Source: Clostridia bacterium
Lineage (GTDB): Bacteria > Bacillota > Clostridia > Oscillospirales > CAG-272
Direction: 5' to 3'
Length of the DNA stretch: 64,000 nt
Assembly: GCA_017408585.1 (NCBI GenBank)
Contig: JAFQUJ010000004.1
Location: 12,662 to 76,661, forward strand
Made by a program: the position numbers and the translations under genes. The notes under the pieces are model-generated. The model was not told where the DNA came from, did not search any database, and was given only the letters and a program-made list of their open reading frames with translations. Every line of letters starts with the position of its first letter. The first letter of the stretch is position 1. This document shows positions 57,665 through 64,000 of this stretch, in pieces.

Positions 57665-58375
57665 ATGATAAAGGTAGTTTTATTTGACCTTGACGGAACG
57701 CTTCTGCCAATGGATCAGGATTTGTTTATCAAGGCGTATTTTGGTGGGCTTGCAAGAAAGCTCGCACCCTATGGCTACGAGAGCGAGGCTCTTGTCAAGG
57801 CTATTTGGCAGGGAACTGCCATGATGATTAAAAACGACGGTCAAGGGCTAAACGAGGATGTCTTTTGGGATGTTTTCGCTAAGCTCTATAACGAAGAGCC
57901 ACGCAAGAATGAGCATCTGCTTGACGAATTCTATCAAAACGAGTTTGATTTGGTTCAAAATAGCTGTGGCTTTGACAAAAGGGCGAGGGCTGTGATTGAT
58001 TTGGTTAAGAAAAAGGGGCTAAGAGTAGCGCTTGCAACAAACCCCGTTTTTCCGCCTCTTGCCACGCAAAAGCGCATAAAATGGGCAGGGCTGTCGCACG
58101 AGGAGTTTGAGCTGGTTACCAACTACTCAAATTCACGCCATTGTAAGCCAAATCCGGAGTATTATCTTGATATTGTGCGCACTCTTGGAGTTAAGTGCGA
58201 GGAGTGTCTTATGGTTGGAAATGATGTAAGAGAGGACATGATTGCAAGGGAGCTTGGAATGAGCGTTTTTCTGCTCACCCCGTGTCTTATCAACAAGGAT
58301 AACGAGGATATTAGTAAATATCCAAATGGCGATTTTGATGCGCTGATTTCGTTTATCGAGAAAATCAATTCTTAG
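57665..58375 (+). CDS. HAD-superfamily hydrolase
   Basis: VVLFDLDGTLL (motif I), ATNP (II) and VGNDVREDM (IV). Good sigma-A-type promoter upstream. Confidence 0.85.
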   Translation: MIKVVLFDLDGTLLPMDQDLFIKAYFGGLARKLAPYGYESEALVKAIWQGTAMMIKNDGQGLNEDVFWDVFAKLYNEEPRKNEHLLDEFYQNEFDLVQNSCGFDKRARAVIDLVKKKGLRVALATNPVFPPLATQKRIKWAGLSHEEFELVTNYSNSRHCKPNPEYYLDIVRTLGVKCEECLMVGNDVREDMIARELGMSVFLLTPCLINKDNEDISKYPNGDFDALISFIEKINS

Positions 58376-58467
58376 GTCAAAATTCCTTAAAAAAATATAT
58401 AAAGATATAGACAATGACAAAAAATTGTGATAAAATAATTACGATACTATAAAAACGAGGTGTAAAA

Positions 58468-59133
58468 ATGGAAGAACTTTTTGTAGAAAAATATAAAATC
58501 GCTGAAAAGCATTACGCTAACGCGATTGACCTTATAACAGAGCTTGTAACTAGATTTAAAGAGGAAAAATGCCCCGATTACGATGTCAATTATGCACTCG
58601 CTCAATACGATGTTATGCTCCAGGCTGTGCTTTTGGCAAGCGTAGCACAGGGAGAGGTTGAGATGCCGGAAATCGGCTTTATCGAAAATCTCACAAAGCA
58701 TGGCGATTTGATGAATGCGCTAAATGCGGAAATCTCCGAGGCAGGCCTTGATTACGAGGAAATCGAATGGGGCGACATCGGTAGCATGATGAGTCGCAGT
58801 CAAGCTGTATCAAACAGAATTGTAAAGCTCGTTTCACAGATTGCATATAATGTATCCGAGGGCTTAATAGACGATATTGCGTTTGTTGATGCGTGCGATA
58901 AGAGATGCGATTTTCTTGATAAGCTCTTAAATGAAACGCTTCCCATCGTTATCGCAATTTGCGAGTCTGACGGTGATTCAATGCAGGACTTCAACCCCTC
59001 AGATGACGAGGTTACAGGCATTGAAAACGAGATAAGCGTAGGAACAGACCTTCTTCGCAAGATGCTCTCTGACAGATGGAAAAAGCGTCTTGACGCGCTG
59101 GGAAATGGCGCACCCGACCCCGACGATAATTAA
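58468..59133 (+). CDS. hypothetical acidic helical protein, paralog A (possibly TerB-like)
   Basis: 221 aa. Shares QYD(V/L)(M/I)LQ(A/S)VLLA, …I…(L/I)T..GD…, E.DGDS and L..RWK(K/Q) with the next gene. RBS aaaacgaggtg. Confidence 0.6.
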   Translation: MEELFVEKYKIAEKHYANAIDLITELVTRFKEEKCPDYDVNYALAQYDVMLQAVLLASVAQGEVEMPEIGFIENLTKHGDLMNALNAEISEAGLDYEEIEWGDIGSMMSRSQAVSNRIVKLVSQIAYNVSEGLIDDIAFVDACDKRCDFLDKLLNETLPIVIAICESDGDSMQDFNPSDDEVTGIENEISVGTDLLRKMLSDRWKKRLDALGNGAPDPDDN

Positions 59134-59164
59134 TAGTCAATATTAAGTAAGAGAGGTACATAAA

Positions 59165-59827
59165 ATGGCAAACGACATTCAAGCAAGATTTAATGTAGCA
59201 AGAGATAGCTATGCAAGGGTTGAGTCAATTTTAAGAGATATGACCGAGAAGGTTGTGTCCTTTGAAAGCGATTTTAGACACGATTGGGCGATGCTCCAAT
59301 ATGATTTGATTTTGCAATCAGTCTTGCTCGCACAAGCAATCGCTGATGGCAAGTATCTTGCAATCGAAAATAGCTTTATTCGTCAAATCACCGATTATGG
59401 CGACATTACACTCGCATTCAACCAAAAGGCAAGCGACGAGAACCTCGGTCTTGAGGAGCTCGATTGGGACGGACTTGCAGAGCTTATTATAAGCGCTGAC
59501 GACGAAAGAAGAGTAAAGCTTGTTACAATCTTTACATCTATTGCGTGGGACTACTCAAACACGCTTATTGGCTTCTTTGCGCCTGTTGATGCGGTAATCG
59601 AAAGAGATTACTTAAAGGAAATCGTAGATGCAACCGTTATCATTTTGTTTGCGTTTACCGAAATCGACGGAGATTCGGTTGAGCAAAGACACGAGGCGGG
59701 AAGCGACGCTGACAGAGAGCTAACAATTGCGGTAAGTATGCTCGAAAACCTTCTTGTTAAGAGATGGAAGCAAAAGATTGCCGAATTCGAGGCTTGGAGA
59801 AGAAGAAATAATCCAGATGCGGAGTAA
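59165..59827 (+). CDS. hypothetical acidic helical protein, paralog B (possibly TerB-like)
   Basis: 220 aa tandem paralog of 58468..59133. LLAQAIADGKYLAIENSFIRQI resembles the TerB ADG…E motif. RBS aagagagg. Confidence 0.6.
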   Translation: MANDIQARFNVARDSYARVESILRDMTEKVVSFESDFRHDWAMLQYDLILQSVLLAQAIADGKYLAIENSFIRQITDYGDITLAFNQKASDENLGLEELDWDGLAELIISADDERRVKLVTIFTSIAWDYSNTLIGFFAPVDAVIERDYLKEIVDATVIILFAFTEIDGDSVEQRHEAGSDADRELTIAVSMLENLLVKRWKQKIAEFEAWRRRNNPDAE

Positions 59828-59830
59828 AAT

Positions 59831-61564
59831 ATGAAAAGAACCTTTGAAGAACACAAGATAAGAAGGGTGCACGATTTAAACGGCGCTTGGAAATTCAAGC
59901 TCGACCCCGACAATGTCGGTAAGGACGAGGGCTGGTTTTATGGTTTGAGCGATGCCGAGGATGTAATCGTTCCGTCCTGCTGGAATAACGAGCTGGGGCT
60001 TTTGAACTACGAGGGCGTGGCTTGGTACGAGAAGAAATTTGAGATTACGGGTGACGATTACACGGGCTTGCTCTTTGAGCTTGGATGCGTTATGACATAT
60101 GCCGAGGTTTGGCTTGACGGCAAGCTACAGTGCGAGCATTACGGTGCATTTACCGCGTTTAGCTTTACCGCCTATGCAGAAAAGGGAGCACACTCTCTCG
60201 TTGTACGCGCGGATAGCTCCTTTGACAAGCACTCCTTCCCACAAAGGTACACAGACTGGTTCAACTACGGCGGTATTGCAAGAGATGTGTCGATGTATGA
60301 GCTTAAGGGCATAAGCATTCTTGACAACCATATAGCGTACACTCTTTGTGACGACCTTAAGAGCGTTAAGGTGCACGCGGAGCTCGAGCTTTTCAACACT
60401 CTTGACAAGGAAAGTAGCTCCCCGCTCAGCGTAAGAATCGGAGATACAGAGATTTTTTGTGGCAATGTAAGCCTTGGCGCATCAGAGAGAAAAATAATCT
60501 CAACGCCCGAGGTTGAGCTTGACGGCATTGAGCTTTGGGATACAGACTCTCCTAAGCTTTACACGGTGGTTGCAGAAACGGATTCCGATGACCTGATTGA
60601 CAGAGTGGGATTTAGAAAAATTGAGGTTAAGGATAATAACATTCTCCTAAACGGCAGGAGCATTGAGCTTCTTGGCGTTAACCGCCACGAGGAGCACCAC
60701 GAATGGGGCTTTGCGTTCCCACCAAAGCTCATGAAGCGTGACCTTGACCTGATTCTTGATATGAACTGCAACACGATTCGTGGCTCACACTACCCCAATT
60801 CCAAGATTTTCGTTGATATGCTCGACGAGAAGGGCATTCTTTTCTGGAGCGAAATTCCTATGTGGGGCTGTGGCTTCGCTTGGGAGCTGTTTACCGACCC
60901 GATAATTGTAGAGCGCGGTCTTAATATGCACAAGGAAATGGTAAAGCAATACTATAACCACCCATCAATTATTATTTGGGGTATGCATAACGAAATTGAT
61001 TCCGCAAAGGAAACCGCCGCCACCTTGACAAAGACATTCTATGATTATTTAAGAGAATTTGGCGGAAACAGGCTTATTACCCACGCATCTAACCATCCGT
61101 TAGATGATGTTTGTATGGGTTACGATGATATTATTTGTATTAATATCTATCACGGCTGGTATGACTACAATGGATATCCAAAGACTATGAAGGCTTGGGA
61201 GATACTTGTTGAGCAGTTAAGAGAAAGACTTGCATCTCGGGGCTGGAGCGATAAGCCCGTTATTATGAGTGAGTTTGGCGCAGCTGCACTTGCAGGCTTC
61301 CACTCGCACTTTGACACCGTTCGTTGGAGCGAGGAATACCAAAGAGATTTGCTTGAATATACTCTTGAGCTGTTCCATAATACCGATTATATGCGCGGAA
61401 CATACATTTGGCAGTTTGCCAATATCAGAACCTCCCCCGAGATGAACATGAACCGCGTGCGCTACTTCAACAATAAGGGCATAGTTGACGAGAACAGAAA
61501 CCCGAAGGCGGCTTACTTCAAGGTTAAGGAGCTTTACGGCAAGTACGCGCTCGAGAATAAATAA
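59831..61564 (+). CDS. GH2 glycoside hydrolase (beta-glucuronidase/beta-galactosidase-like)
   Basis: 577 aa. …LNGAWKFKLDP…VPSCWNNE…GVAWYEKKF…, NRHEEH, IRGSHYPNS, WGMHNE (acid/base region), SEFGA (nucleophile region). Starts 3 nt after paralog B. Confidence 0.82.
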   Translation: MKRTFEEHKIRRVHDLNGAWKFKLDPDNVGKDEGWFYGLSDAEDVIVPSCWNNELGLLNYEGVAWYEKKFEITGDDYTGLLFELGCVMTYAEVWLDGKLQCEHYGAFTAFSFTAYAEKGAHSLVVRADSSFDKHSFPQRYTDWFNYGGIARDVSMYELKGISILDNHIAYTLCDDLKSVKVHAELELFNTLDKESSSPLSVRIGDTEIFCGNVSLGASERKIISTPEVELDGIELWDTDSPKLYTVVAETDSDDLIDRVGFRKIEVKDNNILLNGRSIELLGVNRHEEHHEWGFAFPPKLMKRDLDLILDMNCNTIRGSHYPNSKIFVDMLDEKGILFWSEIPMWGCGFAWELFTDPIIVERGLNMHKEMVKQYYNHPSIIIWGMHNEIDSAKETAATLTKTFYDYLREFGGNRLITHASNHPLDDVCMGYDDIICINIYHGWYDYNGYPKTMKAWEILVEQLRERLASRGWSDKPVIMSEFGAAALAGFHSHFDTVRWSEEYQRDLLEYTLELFHNTDYMRGTYIWQFANIRTSPEMNMNRVRYFNNKGIVDENRNPKAAYFKVKELYGKYALENK

Positions 61565-61594
61565 TAGCAAATACGCGCTACTATAATCAAACAA

Positions 61595-61624
61595 AAAACC
61601 GCGACCTGTGTCGCGGTTTTGTTG
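61595..61624 (+). terminator. rho-independent terminator of the GH2 gene
   Basis: aaaaccgcgac-ctgt-gtcgcggtttt followed by gttgtt. Confidence 0.75.
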
Positions 61625-61860
61625 TTGCTCTCTCGGCAATACGGCTTGCTTTTTGACAAAAAATAGCTTCGAAACACTGCGTTCTCGCTCGGTTACAGAC
61701 CATAAACGGTATGCGCCCTCGCTCCGCCTTGTTTTTCATTGCTCTTTGTTTGCCAAATTCGTTACACAAGACAACCCTTAATCACCTCGTTCGCTTTTTT
61801 CTCGGCAATACGGCTTGCTTTTTGACAAAATAGCTTTGAAATTTTGCCAAATTACACGAA
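61625..61860. repeat. intergenic repeat modules
   Basis: ctcggcaatacggcttgctttttgacaaaa(a)atagctt occurs twice (61631-61675 and 61800-61845), flanking a copy of the 38300-38375 module. Confidence 0.75.
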
Positions 61861-61863
61861 TTC

Positions 61864-62610
61864 TTATTTTCCTAGGGCAAAATCTATTATTGCGTTATAG
61901 TATTGCTCCTTTGCCTCGGGGAAGGGGTTAAACCAACAATGCTCCATGCCCTCGACCTCGATATAGGTGACATTTCTGCCAAGCTCCTTCATTTTGGCAA
62001 CGAAGCGATCGGAGTGAAAGCCCTTGTTTACTGCGCCATCATTTGTTCCGTGTAAAACAACATACGGAATGTCGGGCATCTCGGGTGCGAGGTGATACGC
62101 CGAGTGGCGCTCAATTTCAGCGTCAAGACCGATTGGCGAGTCAAAAAACGCAGTATAAATCGTTCTTGGAAGGTCCTCTCGCTCGGTGGCGTGAAGCTTT
62201 AAATCGCACACAGGGCAGTTCGTAACGCACGCTCGAGGTGTGATTTTTGCGTATCTTGAATAGATTAGCGCGCTATGCCCACCCATTGAGCCACCTGTGG
62301 AAATTATAGGCGTGTCTTGGGGGTCAAGCTCGTATTTTTCGAGCGCAACGCGCACAAGCTCGTCAACATACTTGACCGAGGAGTCATTCATCCAGCTCCA
62401 AGGGCCATAATACGGAAAGATTGACAGAATACCCTTTTCGGCGAGAAGCACCTCAAGCTCACCCGCCTCGTGACGCAAATCTCTTGCGCCGAGTCCGTGA
62501 AAATCAAGCACGATAGCGACAGGCTTATCCTTTAATAGTGCCCCATTTGTAAACGCATAGCTATCGAGCGTTTCGGGGCAAATCTTAAGTGATGTGTATG
62601 TTATTTCCAT
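61864..62610 (-). CDS. alpha/beta hydrolase (esterase/peptidase S9-like)
   Basis: Start set at MEITYTS (ATG 62610-62608, RBS aaggag 6 nt upstream), immediately after the GH43 stop. Nucleophile elbow GGSMGG. …LHGTNDGAV… carries the catalytic Asp region. Confidence 0.75.
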   Translation of the reverse strand: MEITYTSLKICPETLDSYAFTNGALLKDKPVAIVLDFHGLGARDLRHEAGELEVLLAEKGILSIFPYYGPWSWMNDSSVKYVDELVRVALEKYELDPQDTPIISTGGSMGGHSALIYSRYAKITPRACVTNCPVCDLKLHATEREDLPRTIYTAFFDSPIGLDAEIERHSAYHLAPEMPDIPYVVLHGTNDGAVNKGFHSDRFVAKMKELGRNVTYIEVEGMEHCWFNPFPEAKEQYYNAIIDFALGK

Positions 62611-62611
62611 T

Positions 62612-64000
62612 TTATCGCTCCTTGTATTCAAAGAATTTGAAATCGGCGTGAAGGTGATTTCCTGTCAAATCCTGAGCGCACATACAAACGAATGTGCCTG
62701 TGTGTCCCTCGTGACCGATATCGCAATACGCCTCGTCACTAAGGTTAGAGCAGTCAAGCGCACCGCCTATCTCAAAATATCTCTCGCCATCAAGAGAGTA
62801 TGAGAATTTAAGAGTCAAATCGTCAAACTCGGCTCTTAAATAAACGCCCGTGGCGTCGCCTATCAGCACGCGTCCGTCGGGGACGGGATTGTAGAATTTT
62901 AAGGAGTCACGCACGATAATTCTCAATGCGTTTTGAGAGCTTTCCTCGTCGCGCGACATATATAGATAAAAGAAGTTATAGGTGTCATAAATTACGCTAA
63001 GCCCTGCCATTTGCTGAAAGGTTTTTGGCTCAAGCTCAACATATGTGGTCGAGGTTGTGTGGAACGCCTGAAGCCTGCGCCCAACCATTACCTGCTCGTT
63101 CCAAGAGGTTATTGCCTCGTGACCATAGAGCCTTAAATAGCCCTTTCTTGCACACAGAGAGCCTCGTTTTTCGGTGAGTGGAATACGAAGCGTCTTAAAA
63201 TGAGGCGGAAGCGTATCCATATCGAAATACTCTCGCTCGGGCAAGCTATTAAAGGGGTGCTCGTCGAGATCAAGCTCAAATTCAACGGGGGGAACAACTC
63301 CGCCACCCTTTAATCTAAGCCAACCGTTTTCGTCCCATACAACAGGCGCAAGGGCGCTCTCTCTGCCTAAGATGGAGCGACTTTTTTCGCCTAAGGGGCG
63401 AGTGCAAAGGTATGCTACAACCATTTCGCCCGAGGGAGTGTCGATAAGAGAGGCGTGACCGGTTCTTTGAAGAGGGCTTTCGGGGTTGTTACGCACAGTC
63501 AAAAGAGGCATGGGATCTGCCTCGTAAGGCCCCCAAAGATTTTTAGAGCGCGCCATTTGAACGCCGTGGTTATACATTGTGCCACCCTCGGCAAGCATAA
63601 GATAGTAATAGCCGTTTTTCTTGTAGAGGTGGGGAGCTTCGGTTGCGCCGACGCTCGTGCCGTCAAAGATTTGAACGATATCGCCAACAAGCCGTTTCTC
63701 GCTTGGCGAGTATTCCTGCATTAGAATTCCCGAGAAATCGTTTTTCTCCATGCGATGATCCCAACGCATATTAAGAAGATACTTTTTTCCATCGTCATCG
63801 TGGAAAAGCGAGGGGTCAAAGCCACTTGAGTTTAGATAAATCGGCTCACTCCACTCACCCGAAAAAATATCGGTGGTGGTAACAAGATAGTTGTGAGTGT
63901 CCTTGAAAATTCCGTGAAAATTTCTCGTGTTGGTGTAAATTAGATAGAACACGCCATCACAATAGGAAAGGCAAGGCCCCCAAACTCCGCCCGAGTTGGG
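62612..64000 (-). CDS. GH43 beta-xylosidase/alpha-L-arabinofuranosidase with C-terminal beta-sandwich, 5' end outside the window
   Basis: The frame stays open beyond M at 63952 to the window end (…PNSGGVWGPCLSYCDGVFYLIYTN…), as in GH43 WAP.L.Y.DG.FYL.YT. The C-terminal half resembles the GH43_C2 domain. Confidence 0.8.
   Translation of the reverse strand, partial: PNSGGVWGPCLSYCDGVFYLIYTNTRNFHGIFKDTHNYLVTTTDIFSGEWSEPIYLNSSGFDPSLFHDDDGKKYLLNMRWDHRMEKNDFSGILMQEYSPSEKRLVGDIVQIFDGTSVGATEAPHLYKKNGYYYLMLAEGGTMYNHGVQMARSKNLWGPYEADPMPLLTVRNNPESPLQRTGHASLIDTPSGEMVVAYLCTRPLGEKSRSILGRESALAPVVWDENGWLRLKGGGVVPPVEFELDLDEHPFNSLPEREYFDMDTLPPHFKTLRIPLTEKRGSLCARKGYLRLYGHEAITSWNEQVMVGRRLQAFHTTSTTYVELEPKTFQQMAGLSVIYDTYNFFYLYMSRDEESSQNALRIIVRDSLKFYNPVPDGRVLIGDATGVYLRAEFDDLTLKFSYSLDGERYFEIGGALDCSNLSDEAYCDIGHEGHTGTFVCMCAQDLTGNHLHADFKFFEYKER

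Overview
Origin-proximal chromosome segment of a Firmicutes/Clostridia-type bacterium. Gene order is dnaA-dnaN-(four-helix-bundle gene)-recF-remB-gyrB-gyrA-lipoprotein-recA-recX-rimO-pgsA. Next come two convergent CotH-family surface proteins, mgsA, a GH78-like glycosidase, rny-ymdB, a GHMP kinase, an MBL hydrolase, glycerate kinase and hisS. A minus-strand block follows (M20 peptidase, two membrane proteins, dnaB, rplI, gdpP). After it lie a GlmU-like protein, pth, a large LRR surface protein, an [FeFe]-hydrogenase-like / TIR-V4R / asparaginase operon, tRNA-Thr, a TIGR01212 radical SAM gene and a glycoside-hydrolase neighbourhood (GH36, GH2, GH43, esterase). A DnaA-box cluster between dnaA and dnaN marks oriC. 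No transposase, integrase, CRISPR array, rRNA or phage gene is visible. Two things stand out. First, almost every intergenic region is filled with modular, structure-conserving repeats. One family is a pyrimidine-pyrimidine-purine mirror/inverted triad that can fold into an intramolecular triple helix; it sits just 5' of many ribosome-binding sites and its three segments change length in concert. A second family is arrays of short hairpins whose stems vary while their 8-nt linkers (CATGAATT / ATATCGAG) are conserved, some starting with perfect inverted repeats that span a gene's stop codon. A third family is a hairpin-in-hairpin element with conserved ACCTTG / CCATCGCC junctions and covarying stems, also present as a roughly 125-nt tandem array overlapping the rimO 3' end. 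Second, a TIR-domain protein is fused to a V4R-like ligand-binding domain inside a compact three-gene operon. All family assignments come from reading motifs by eye; no searches were run.
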